A stretch of DNA of 45,761 nt from a virus. Shown here piece after piece: positions 7,825-15,869 of this stretch. The DNA lies in IMG/VR virus record IMGVR_UViG_3300012080_000002, one strand, 5' to 3'. The notes under the pieces were generated by a model. That model saw only the letters and a program-made list of their open reading frames with translations, was not told the origin of the DNA and ran no database searches. A program made the translations under genes and the position numbers. Within the stretch, counting starts at the first letter, position 1. Every line of letters begins with the position of its first letter.

Positions 7825-7998
7825 ATGAATAACGTACCGTCAAGAGTATTATTGCCTGCTTGGATATTCCAAGAGGCAAAGGATAAAGATGAAATTATAA
7901 GCCTTGTGCTCGATTACATGCGTAGATACCCGAACTATAGGGTTATGAAAGTAAGTGGCAGTTTCGCAGTTTGTGAGAGGGAGCAGGGGCTTTTATAG
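7825..7998 (+). CDS. 57-aa hypothetical protein
   Basis: ATG at 7825 lies 6 nt after an AGGTGGTG RBS. It is below the size cutoff of the ORF track. Confidence 0.45.
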   Translation: MNNVPSRVLLPAWIFQEAKDKDEIISLVLDYMRRYPNYRVMKVSGSFAVCEREQGLL

Positions 7999-8054
7999 GG
8001 CAAGATTTGTGATTAAAAATTTGAATATTGCGACATAAGGAGAGGCGAGGGCAA

Positions 8055-8981
8055 ATGGCTAAATACAGAAATGTACACACAACGTTTTGGGATGACGGCT
8101 TTGTATTGGATCTTACACCAGAGGAGAAATACTTCTATCTGTATTTGATGACTAATGGCAATACAACGCAATGCGGCATCTACGAATTACCATACAGAGT
8201 AATAGAAATGCACACAGGTTACAACAGAGAAACAGTGCAGAAGTTACTACAACGATTTGTGGAGTACGGAAAAATCACATACAACGAATCAACAAAAGAA
8301 ATCATGTTGAATAACTGGGCAAAGTACAACTTTATCAACTCGCCGAAAGTGAAAAAATGTATCGAAAAAGAGCTGCTTGCAGTGAAACATATACCGTTTG
8401 TAAGGAGCTACTTAACCTCATTGGAACAGTTAGGATACCGTATTGATACCGTATCAATACTGTTAGATGAAAAAAGTGAGCAGAAAGTACCTAACACTAG
8501 TAATGGCGAGGGTTCGATACCGTATCCAAACCCTATAGATACCCCTTGCAAAGACTATGGGGAAGAAAGAGAAGAAGAAAGAGAAGAAGAAAGAGAAGAA
8601 GAAGAAGAAAAAGAAGGAGAAAGAGAAGAAGAAAAAAAGCCAATCGGTCAGTCTGTCACTCCTTCACTAATCGATAATGATTTCTTATCAATTAAAAACT
8701 TCTTCGACCAAACGATACGAATCAGCAATTTTACAGATCATAAAAAAATGGACAACATCCTAAAACTTTACCCTGACCATTTACTAATAATCGAAGCTAT
8801 CAAGGTAACAGCGGATAAAGGTAAATCAAACATGGAATACGTTGAAGCAATTTTGCGTAATTGGCGCACTGAAAAAGGTATTAACACTTATGCAGATTGG
8901 CAGTTAAAGGAGGTTCCGCAACATGCAAGCAATAAAGGAAACAATACAGGCAATGGGTACACGGTTGAGCTGGGCTTCTGA
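8055..8981 (+). CDS. replisome organizer / DnaD-domain replication protein
   Basis: The N-terminus (YRNVHTTFWDDGFVLDLTPEEKYFYLYLMTN) is organizer-like. The C-terminus (MEYVEAILRNWRTEKGI) is DnaD-like. ATG at 8055 follows AAGGAGAGG. Confidence 0.8.
   Translation: MAKYRNVHTTFWDDGFVLDLTPEEKYFYLYLMTNGNTTQCGIYELPYRVIEMHTGYNRETVQKLLQRFVEYGKITYNESTKEIMLNNWAKYNFINSPKVKKCIEKELLAVKHIPFVRSYLTSLEQLGYRIDTVSILLDEKSEQKVPNTSNGEGSIPYPNPIDTPCKDYGEEREEEREEEREEEEEKEGEREEEKKPIGQSVTPSLIDNDFLSIKNFFDQTIRISNFTDHKKMDNILKLYPDHLLIIEAIKVTADKGKSNMEYVEAILRNWRTEKGINTYADWQLKEVPQHASNKGNNTGNGYTVELGF
8562..8633 (+). repeat. tandem 12-bp repeats GAAGAAAGAGAA (3 exact copies plus degenerate copies) inside the organizer gene
   Basis: They encode the EEREEEREEEREEEEEKEGEREEE linker. 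Confidence 0.9.
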
Positions 8982-9762
8982 TAAGCATTGCTTTAAGCAT
9001 GACAAAGAGAAGTTTACAACAGGCGTCAGAATGCTAGAAAGACAAAAAGGTTCAGGAGAATTTGAGTGTCCTATGTGCTTTAGAGAAGGTAACAACAACG
9101 TTTTAGAAAAACAATATTCTGAACTAAAAAAAGAACAAGAGCGTATGGCAAAATTCAACACCCTTCAAAAGCGAAGCATTGTTCCTGATAAAACAATTTT
9201 GGATGCACGTTTTAACACTTATCAATTAAAAGAAGATGAACACGAAGCACGCCAAAATGCTCGTCTAATGACGCAATATGCAGATGAAATTATTAGCGGA
9301 CAAGTATTCAATATCTTCCTTAACGGAACACCAGGTGTTGGTAAATCACATTTAAGCTACAGCTTGCTGCATCGTGTAAATAACAACAGTAACAAAGAAA
9401 TGTCGTGCTTATTCATTGATTTTGACCAAATGTTACGCGAAATACGCGGGTCATTTAAAAATCCAGATAGTAAATATACTGAGTTTTACTTCACTGATCT
9501 ACTTAGTAAGGTGGATGTTCTTGTTTTGGATGACCTAGGGGCTGAGGTTGGTAATGAAGATACTGACAAGAAAGCATCTGACTTTATAGGGCGCATGCTA
9601 AGAGCCATTTCGAATGCGCGGCAAGATAAAGTGACCATCGTTACGACGAACTTGTCAGGGGCCAAGCTGAACACTATTTACGACAGCAAGACTCTATCAA
9701 GGTTAAACGTTGTTCTCTTTAAGGAGACTAAGGATAAACGCAGTGTAGATTTAGGATTTTAG
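8923..9762 (+). CDS. DnaC/IstB-like AAA+ helicase loader
   Basis: Walker A GTPGVGKSH and Walker B VLVLDDLG. AAGGAGG RBS. Confidence 0.85.
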   Translation: MQAIKETIQAMGTRLSWASDKHCFKHDKEKFTTGVRMLERQKGSGEFECPMCFREGNNNVLEKQYSELKKEQERMAKFNTLQKRSIVPDKTILDARFNTYQLKEDEHEARQNARLMTQYADEIISGQVFNIFLNGTPGVGKSHLSYSLLHRVNNNSNKEMSCLFIDFDQMLREIRGSFKNPDSKYTEFYFTDLLSKVDVLVLDDLGAEVGNEDTDKKASDFIGRMLRAISNARQDKVTIVTTNLSGAKLNTIYDSKTLSRLNVVLFKETKDKRSVDLGF

Positions 9763-9803
9763 ATTATGAGGGGCACACAGCCCCTTGATTGGAGGGTGAA
9801 GGG

Positions 9804-9953
9804 ATGAAGAAATGTGTACGTTGCGATCAAGAAAAAGAGTCATTCCCACTAGGCGATGATGTATGTGAGGAATGCTGCAACAAATTACTTTTAGGTAATC
9901 CTTTGTCTTTTGATTGGAGCCAAGTTGATTTTGAAAAGGGGGATTATAAATGA
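9804..9953 (+). CDS. 49-aa zinc-ribbon-like protein
   Basis: MKKCVRCDQ...CEECC. GGAGGGTGA RBS. ATGA overlap with the next gene. Confidence 0.5.
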   Translation: MKKCVRCDQEKESFPLGDDVCEECCNKLLLGNPLSFDWSQVDFEKGDYK

Positions 9954-10474
9954 ACACAGAACAGTTACAGGTCATTAAAGAACGTGTGGCAAAGGCTACA
10001 CCAGGGCCTTGGGAAAGTGAAGAGACAACAGAAGGGCATATCGATATATTCAATCCTAATCAAGACTATGCCATTTGCCAAACAGGTAATGAAACATACG
10101 ATTGCTTAAATGATGGTGATACAGAATTTATTAAACATGCTATTACAGATGTACCAGCACTTGTTGCTGAGGTTGAACGATTAAAAATTGAACTTGATGC
10201 TGCGTGTATTGCGAATAACACTTTAAAAAGCGAAAAGGAAGCACTTGAATTTCAACTGAAAGTATCCATCCGGCATGCTGAGGAGCTAGATGAAGAACTA
10301 GAAGCCGAGGTTGCTGAAAACGAACTGTTACGTGAAGCGCTTGAGTTTTATGCAAAAAACTCTAACTACTTAATTGAATGGAGCGACAAATGTGACGAAT
10401 ACATGCCGTCAGTCGCTGACAATGATGGTGGAGAAATCGCAAGTCAAGCACTAGGGGGTGAAGCTCATGACTGA
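9950..10474 (+). CDS. hypothetical protein, possibly Ead/Ea22-like
   Basis: An ATPGPW motif near the N-terminus and a coiled-coil C-terminus. Confidence 0.4.
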   Translation: MNTEQLQVIKERVAKATPGPWESEETTEGHIDIFNPNQDYAICQTGNETYDCLNDGDTEFIKHAITDVPALVAEVERLKIELDAACIANNTLKSEKEALEFQLKVSIRHAEELDEELEAEVAENELLREALEFYAKNSNYLIEWSDKCDEYMPSVADNDGGEIASQALGGEAHD

Positions 10475-10655
10475 ACAATTTCTAATTGATCAAATCATTT
10501 TATATCTAGGCACATTTCAACGTTTCGGTGGTGAGCATAACGAAACATTAGCTTACAAACGTCTAGAGCAATTGCGAGTGCTTAAAGGGTTAAAGGATGC
10601 TGACGAGGCTACGGATTACCTCATTATGAAAATGGAAGGGGCTATGGCTGCATGA
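10467..10655 (+). CDS. hypothetical protein
   Basis: ATG at 10467 follows a GGGGGTGA RBS. Confidence 0.45.
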   Translation: MTEQFLIDQIILYLGTFQRFGGEHNETLAYKRLEQLRVLKGLKDADEATDYLIMKMEGAMAA

Positions 10656-11044
10656 GTAGAGAGATTAAGTTTCGAGCATGGATTGATAATGAATTATTAT
10701 CACACGAACAATTGATTGATATGGATCAAGAAACACATGCAATGTACACGATAGTTACAAACGAGGAAAAAGAAGATGGTGTATCTCTCATGCAATACAC
10801 AGGCTTAAAGGACACTAACGGCAAGGATATTTATGAAGGTGATGTTGTTGATTATTTAGGTGATATCGAACTAGTTAACAGCAATGTATTACGTGTTATC
10901 GAATACAAAAACGAGGAAGCTTGTTTTGTAGCTAGATTACCAGTAGGTGTTGAAGGTGAGGAAGCTGTTTACTTGAACGAACATGATTTCAAAGTCATCG
11001 GCAACATTTACGATAATCCTGAACTAGTGGGGGAAATAGCATGA
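10652..11044 (+). CDS. YopX-family protein
   Basis: IKFRAW...[19 protein letters not shown]...[11 protein letters not shown]. Confidence 0.85.
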   Translation: MSREIKFRAWIDNELLSHEQLIDMDQETHAMYTIVTNEEKEDGVSLMQYTGLKDTNGKDIYEGDVVDYLGDIELVNSNVLRVIEYKNEEACFVARLPVGVEGEEAVYLNEHDFKVIGNIYDNPELVGEIA

Positions 11045-11550
11045 TAAACCGAGTCGTATTAGTCGGTAGGCTTACAAAAGATCCTGAATTACGCTACACA
11101 CCGAACGGTATTGCATCTTGTCGCTTTACAGTGGCCGTCAACCGTACATTCAAAGGGCAGAATGGTGAACCGGAAGCAGACTTCATTAGTTGTGTAGCTT
11201 GGCGTAAACAAGCCGAGAATTTGGCCAACTTCATGAAGAAAGCTAGCTTAATAGGTTTGGAAGGGCGAATCCAAACCGGCAGCTATGAGGGGCAGGATGG
11301 TAAGCGTGTATATACGACTGACGTTGTAGCCGACAGCATCCAATTCTTAGAGCCAAGAAACAGCACAGAAGGCGCACAGAACACGCTAAACTATCAATCT
11401 AGTACAAATACAGGTGGAACGAATCAAATCCCACCACAGGGCAATTATTGCGGTAATAATAACCAGCTAAGTTATACGAGAGTGGATGAAGATCCATTTG
11501 CTAATAGTAAGGGGCCGATTGAGGTTAGTGAGGACGATTTACCATTTTGA
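11041..11550 (+). CDS. ssb: single-stranded DNA-binding protein
   Basis: [25 protein letters not shown]-fold signature and an acidic DDLPF tail. Confidence 0.95.
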   Translation: MINRVVLVGRLTKDPELRYTPNGIASCRFTVAVNRTFKGQNGEPEADFISCVAWRKQAENLANFMKKASLIGLEGRIQTGSYEGQDGKRVYTTDVVADSIQFLEPRNSTEGAQNTLNYQSSTNTGGTNQIPPQGNYCGNNNQLSYTRVDEDPFANSKGPIEVSEDDLPF

Positions 11551-11574
11551 GAAAAAGACTAATTGGAGGTTAAT

Positions 11575-12003
11575 GTGAGTAAAGCAAAATACGGTAACAA
11601 AAAAGTTGTACATGATGGAATAACATTCGATTCAGCGATGGAAGCAAAGTATTACGATTACTTGAAACATCTACAAGCTCAAGGTATTGTGACTTCCTTT
11701 GAATTACAGCCAAGGTTTGTGTTATTGCCAAAGTTCGAAAAGAACGGAAAGAAGTATCGTGAGATAGGTTATAATGCGGATTTTACTGTTCATTATGCAG
11801 ATGGTCATACAGAAGTGGTTGACATCAAGGGGATGGTTACACAGCAATTTGAATTGAGGAAGAAGTTATTTGAATATCGTTATCCGCATGAATTGAAGCT
11901 TCTAACGTATTCAAAGATTGATGGTGGTTGGATAACTCATGATGAACTAAAAAAGGCTAGAAAAGCACGTAATGATATGAAAAAGAACGTCACTATTCAA
12001 TGA
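11575..12003 (+). CDS. DUF1064-like (resolvase-like) protein
   Basis: KYGNKKVVHDGITFDSAMEAKYYDYL...ADF...VDIKG. GTG at 11575 follows a GGAGG RBS. Confidence 0.6.
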   Translation: MSKAKYGNKKVVHDGITFDSAMEAKYYDYLKHLQAQGIVTSFELQPRFVLLPKFEKNGKKYREIGYNADFTVHYADGHTEVVDIKGMVTQQFELRKKLFEYRYPHELKLLTYSKIDGGWITHDELKKARKARNDMKKNVTIQ

Positions 12004-12765
12004 CGTTCAACGAAGGTGCGAATTCACCAAAATATTTTAATTCACCTTTTATTCGAGCTTGTTTAGCTTCTTCGAAAGTGTCGTAAGTTCCGAGACTAAT
12101 TTCTTTTCTATCTACCATTATTCTCGCACGAAACCGACCACTAGGCATAACTCTAATACCTGGATAACCAGTTGAGTTGTTTTTAGAAATTTTGTTATTT
12201 CGGGTATTTTGGACATTGCTGCATACTCGTAAATTTTCTTTCCGGTTATCCATAGGGTTCCCATTGATATGATCAACAACTTCTTTAGGGTTATCCAAAT
12301 CTAGAATGTAACGATGTAGCTTAGTATTCTTTTTATTGATACGTGCTACCAAGTAACCAGTTTTACTGATACACCATGAAGATTTAGATACTCTTTCTAG
12401 ATCTTCTAAGTCAAATATAAAATCTTCACCTTTATGGGTTGTCATCCTGACGACATCCCCATCAATTAAGTAAGGATTTTTCTTTTTGCCTTTCAGCTCC
12501 AAAGAGCCGTTGGCACACATTCTCAAGTAATGTTTGTTGCAGTAAGGAATAGATTCGAAAGTTGCTGAAAACGGACTATCACAAACAGAACATTTTTCTG
12601 GAGTTGTTTTAACTTTATATGCATTAGGATTGTTTTTTATATACCATTCTCTTTTGCGAGCTATGTCACGTTTTTAGAACAATTAACACAATATTTTTGT
12701 ACAGCTGAAGTAGGTAAGAATAAAACATTGCAAGAAATGCAGTTTTTATCGTCATATGTTTTCAT
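11993..12765 (-). pseudogene. HNH (HNH_3) + AP2-domain homing endonuclease, split by a frameshift in a 5-nt homopolymer
   Basis: VDHINGNPMDNRKENLRV and GYPGIRVMPSGRFRARI motifs lie in 11993-12526. The N-terminal zinc-ribbon part starts at 12765 (GTGAGGTG RBS) and is out of frame after the T5/A5 run at 12671-12675. Confidence 0.7.
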
Positions 12766-12879
12766 AATTTCACCTCACTTGAATTATACAACAATTGGTA
12801 ATTTGTTGAAAGTTGGATGAGACGTTATAAAAAGGTGTGATTGTACGGTATTCGAATAACTCAAGGGCAGAGGTGACGA

Positions 12880-13107
12880 TTGAATGGGGTGCCAGAGGTG
12901 AACACAGTTCGCAAGGAAGTTAAACAACGCAGAGCCCGGCTAATCAATCAGCAGGACCACATAGCTTTTCTCAAATGCAAAGTGTGTCCAAAACGTAAGG
13001 CTTTTGATCCTAGTAAGAAATGCAGAGGATGCAAGGTTTATAGAGAACTAAGAGGTATTGGTAAAGAGCTTGAGCAGATTAGTCGTTTGCGTAGGTGGGC
13101 TAGGTGA
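12880..13107 (+). CDS. small Cys-rich (CxxC...CxxC) basic protein
   Basis: CKVCPKR...CRGCKV. TTG start follows GAGGTG. Confidence 0.45.
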   Translation: MNGVPEVNTVRKEVKQRRARLINQQDHIAFLKCKVCPKRKAFDPSKKCRGCKVYRELRGIGKELEQISRLRRWAR

Positions 13108-13199
13108 GTATTTGAAAGAAAATGTCCAGCAAGGAAGAATCTTGCTGAACATTACTTTAAATATGATGATAATAATTTTACTAAAGGTTGGATTTCATA

Positions 13200-13589
13200 T
13201 TAATTAATGAAATCTTGAGGTACACATTCACGAACACCAGAATTTCTTAATGAGTTAAATAAAGCTGCACTGATTCTTAATAAAACATTGTTATCAGTGC
13301 CGTTTTCTAAATCATAGATTACAAAGTAAGAATTATTGATTGTAAAAATACATTTTCGTTCTAATTTAAATCCAGGTGGTACAGTTGGAAGGGTAAAACG
13401 CGGTACGATTACAGGTGTATCTCCTTCTTCTCTGATGAAATTGAATGTTTGTTGGTCAATCTCATAGATATTTACTGGATCAATCTCAACACCTTTATCT
13501 GGTATTGTAATTTCATCTTCAACTAGTAGGAAAAAGCGTTCGTTTCTAAAATTGAAAAGACTTCTCGCTCCAATTTCAAATGATGCCAT
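13200..13589 (-). CDS. hypothetical protein (129 aa)
   Basis: Strong AGGAGGTG RBS. No family recognised. Confidence 0.6.
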   Translation of the reverse strand: MASFEIGARSLFNFRNERFFLLVEDEITIPDKGVEIDPVNIYEIDQQTFNFIREEGDTPVIVPRFTLPTVPPGFKLERKCIFTINNSYFVIYDLENGTDNNVLLRISAALFNSLRNSGVRECVPQDFIN

Positions 13590-13775
13590 TTTATATTCAC
13601 CTCCTATCCTATAAATATATTATTCATATCAAATACAGTTGTTTGGACATTTAGGAATGGAGAGTGAAGAATAGTTTCTGGTCTAAAGTCATCAGAAGTT
13701 AATAGAAAAGGTGAGAGTGCTTTACGTCTATCGGATATGTAAAGAGAGTTACTAAACACTTTGAGGAAAGAAACT

Positions 13776-13800
13776 AAAAAGGGTCACTGAGCTGTGACCC
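13776..13800 (-). terminator. intrinsic terminator (minus strand)
   Basis: GGGTCAC-agctca-GTGACCC followed by TTTTT on the minus strand. Confidence 0.65.
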
Positions 13801-13806
13801 AAAATT

Positions 13807-13933
13807 GAGGGAGGTAGTGACTGTCAACTAGCGCCACAACCAAATAAGTGCGTGCGATACACTCAATGTTAAAATGTGCAGATTTAAGTTACCTATACAT
13901 TAAAAAAGCCGCAGCGTTTGCAGACGCTACAAC
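13807..13933 (-). repeat. X-element copy A (about 127-bp interspersed repeat)
   Basis: Aligns by eye with 15734-15860 and 17392-17518. Shared blocks are GAGG.AGG, GTGAC(G/T)GTCAAC, GCCACAACC and TATACATTA(A)AAAGCCG. Confidence 0.8.
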
Positions 13934-14043
13934 AATATTAAAAAAATATGTAGATAACTGCTAAGAATCAAAATAAAACGGGTTTTCAGCCAGCTTTACG
14001 CTGGAAGTATCTTAGCAGTTATACAACCACTATTTACAAATTG
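13902..14043 (-). repeat. Y-element copy A: terminator plus long hairpin (candidate small RNA on the minus strand)
   Basis: Shares flanks and the ATAACTGCTAAG/CTTAGCAGTTAT stem (13954-13965 / 14011-14022) with 15161-15298. Confidence 0.6.
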
Positions 14044-14105
14044 AAATGCTTTTATACACTTATTAGAAAGATATTGTGCAGGAAAGGAAGCGTGCATAAA
14101 TATGA

Positions 14106-14149
14106 AAATAAAAAAGGAGTAATTCCTGAAAACAAGGTTAATCACTCCT
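14106..14149 (-). terminator. intrinsic terminator of the BclA-C-like gene
   Basis: Minus strand: AGGAGTGATT-loop-AATTACTCCT followed by TTTTTTATTTT. Confidence 0.7.
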
Positions 14150-14202
14150 AACTACGAAAACTATTTTTTGATGTTTTCGAAACAAAGAGAGTCTTTCTAT
14201 AT

Positions 14203-14748
14203 CTATACAATTGGACTCAACAATTTAAGGATAATAGAAGCATTTACGTTAGTTTGCGTGCCTCCTGCTAAAGTTTGAAGAATTACCGCTGCAGCGGAGG
14301 AATGATTTCTAAGTGTAAGTATACCGCCAGACGGTATAGCAATTATTGCCTGACCATTGTTTTGTTGAGTACCAGCCCCTGAACCATAAACTGTTTCTGG
14401 AATCGGTACACCATTTAAAAATAATGTGAATTGGTTAGGTTCAACACCTGATACGCTGAAAGTAACTTCGTAGATCCCTGGTCTAGTAACAAAAATTTCA
14501 GAGGTTCCAGGAACATGCGTAATTCCCGGAGTAACTATACCTGTGGAATCAAAAATAATATCAGCTTCTACAGCTACAGTCTCAGGACCAAGATTATATA
14601 TATATCCATATTCGCATAGACCATTACATGTAGTTGGTATTATCGGAGGAATAGCGCCAGCAATTCCACAGAGATCAATAGCTCTGAAGGGTCCCGATTG
14701 GCTTCCGCATAAGCAAGAACGTTTATTACAGTTACTACAGTTATCCAT
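14203..14748 (-). CDS. BclA C-terminal-domain-like (C1q/TNF-like) putative spore-surface protein with a Cys-rich N-terminus
   Basis: PGIYEVTFSVSG..NQFTLFLNGVPIP...GQAIIAIPSGGILTLRNHS...VNASIILKLL matches the pattern of exosporium BclA-type C-terminal domains. ATG at 14748 follows GGAGGTG. Confidence 0.5.
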   Translation of the reverse strand: MDNCSNCNKRSCLCGSQSGPFRAIDLCGIAGAIPPIIPTTCNGLCEYGYIYNLGPETVAVEADIIFDSTGIVTPGITHVPGTSEIFVTRPGIYEVTFSVSGVEPNQFTLFLNGVPIPETVYGSGAGTQQNNGQAIIAIPSGGILTLRNHSSAAAVILQTLAGGTQTNVNASIILKLLSPIV

Positions 14749-14871
14749 TTTTTCACCTCCATTTGTGTATTTTATTCGCGTGAAATATGAAGTAGAGGGC
14801 AATGGACTAACAATCGACTAAATTTAGTTCATTATTGAAGGTTAAGTTACTGCACATGTTGAGGATTAAAC

Positions 14872-14898
14872 GAAAAAAGAGCGACTATAATATCGCTC
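14872..14898 (-). terminator. intrinsic terminator overlapping the stop of the 78-aa membrane protein gene
   Basis: Minus strand: GAGCGA-tattatag-TCGCTC followed by TTTTTT. Confidence 0.65.
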
Positions 14899-15121
14899 TA
14901 AAGAATTCATAAAATCCTGTTTCCATAGGAACAGCCCAAATATAAAAACCTATAATTGCAACAGGTCCTAAAAAGAAATTATATATTTTGCGAGGAAGAA
15001 CCTTTTTGAATAAAACAACATAGACTCCCATACAGACGCTCATAGCAACCACTAATAGAATGATCGGTGGTATGAAACTCCACAAGCTTATACCAATTGA
15101 TAAATCAGAAGATATGTCCAT
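14885..15121 (-). CDS. small integral membrane protein (2 predicted TM helices)
   Basis: The hydrophobic stretches IPPIILLVVAMSVCMGVYVVLF and GPVAIIGFYIWAV. It has its own promoter and terminator. Confidence 0.65.
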   Translation of the reverse strand: MDISSDLSIGISLWSFIPPIILLVVAMSVCMGVYVVLFKKVLPRKIYNFFLGPVAIIGFYIWAVPMETGFYEFFRAIL

Positions 15122-15150
15122 AGCAATACCTCATTATGTATTTTGTGTAA

Positions 15151-15159
15151 ATTATAACA
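15151..15159 (-). promoter_or_regulatory. extended -10 promoter TGtTATAAT (minus strand)
   Basis: Plus-strand ATTATAACA at 15151-15159, about 30 nt upstream of the ATG at 15121. Confidence 0.55.
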
Positions 15160-15160
15160 T

Positions 15161-15298
15161 AAAAAAGCCGCAGAGTTTGCAGACGCTACAGCATTATTAA
15201 AAAATATGTAGATAACTGCTATGACTGAAATCGGCGGTTCGTAATCATCAAAATGTTAGAAGAATTCATAGCAGTTAGAAGTATCATTTACAAAATTG
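15161..15298 (-). repeat. Y-element copy B
   Basis: The terminator stem is GCCGCAGAGT/ACGCTACAGC. The long hairpin is ATAACTGCTATG/CATAGCAGTTA (15212-15223 / 15267-15277). Both stem arms differ from copy A in a compensatory way. Confidence 0.6.
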
Positions 15299-15335
15299 TT
15301 TAATTTTAAACAAGGATTAAGTAAATCGAACAATA

Positions 15336-15363
15336 TAAAAGGATCACTGGACCAGAGTGACCC
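15336..15363 (-). terminator. intrinsic terminator (minus strand)
   Basis: Minus strand: GGGTCACT-ctggtcc-AGTGATCC then TTTTAT. It contains a G-U pair that would be an A-C mismatch on the plus strand. Confidence 0.55.
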
Positions 15364-15459
15364 TAAACCAACAAATCAAGAGGTGTCAAACTAAGAAACT
15401 AGCTTAACATTACTATTTATATGATTGGATAACTATGTTTATATAGTTCATTGCCTTTA

Positions 15460-15500
15460 AAAGAAAATAAAACAAGCTATAACGGCGAGGTCGTTATAGC
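15460..15500 (-). terminator. intrinsic terminator (minus strand)
   Basis: Perfect 9-bp stem GCTATAACG/CGTTATAGC followed by TTGTTTTATTTT on the minus strand. Confidence 0.6.
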
Positions 15501-15564
15501 CCAATAAAGAAGTGTGTGATAGCCACATATCTGTCTTTTCTAAATTGCAAAATTTTATTCAAAT

Positions 15565-15595
15565 AAAAAAGATCACTTCAATTAAGAAAGTGACC
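15565..15595 (-). terminator. intrinsic terminator (minus strand)
   Basis: Minus strand: GGTCACTT-loop-AAGTGATC then TTTTTT. Confidence 0.6.
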
Positions 15596-15733
15596 AAATG
15601 GTAACTAAATCCTATCAAGGAGCTAATGGGAAGTGCCATTATGGGATTAGCTGGGGTGATTTTTCTCTAGCATAAACAGTACAGTTTATTCTATGTATTA
15701 AAAAGCATGGGATTAGGCGATTGTTTGAAAAAA

Positions 15734-15860
15734 GAAGGAGGCCGTGACGGTCAACCAACGCCACAACCTTTAAGATGTGTGTGATACACAAAAATACTTT
15801 GTGAAGATTAAGGATTATTATACATTATAAAAGCCGAAACGTGATTAACTTTACAGCTAC
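15734..15860 (-). repeat. X-element copy C (its terminator part is degenerate)
   Basis: GAAGGAGGCCGTGACGGTCAACCAACGCCACAACC... aligns with copies A and D. Confidence 0.75.
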
Positions 15861-15869
15861 TTTAATTGC

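Noticed and set aside
9751-10053. A 100-aa minus-strand ORF from the track
   Set aside because: It lies antisense to two well-supported plus-strand genes (9804-9953 and 9950-10474, both with RBSs and ATGA coupling). It has no RBS and a Cys/Ser/Leu-rich shadow-frame composition.
11985-12012. The perfect 8-bp inverted repeat GAACGTCA...TGACGTTC at the convergent DUF1064/HNH gene ends, considered as a LexA box or terminator
   Set aside because: The half-site spacing does not fit GAAC-N4-GTTC, and there is no U-tract on either strand. It is probably just a weak hairpin within the overlapping gene ends.
13815-13830. A short ORF starting at the conserved GTG after GAGGGAGG in each X element (MTVN...)
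   Set aside because: The frame stops after 4, 9 and 22 codons in copies A, C and D respectively, and the residues are not conserved beyond MTVNQ. Nucleotide-level conservation continues past the stops, so the element is not conserved as a peptide.
15600-15680. Tiny hydrophobic frames considered as type I toxins: the plus-strand MGSAIMGLAGVIFL (14 aa) and the minus-strand MALPISSLIGFSYHLVTFLIEVIFFI (26 aa)
   Set aside because: The 14-aa frame is shorter than any known type I toxin. Its AAGGAG lies only about 3 nt from the ATG. The 26-aa frame has no Shine-Dalgarno sequence and runs through a terminator stem. Both are kept only as a caveat in the terminator-array finding.
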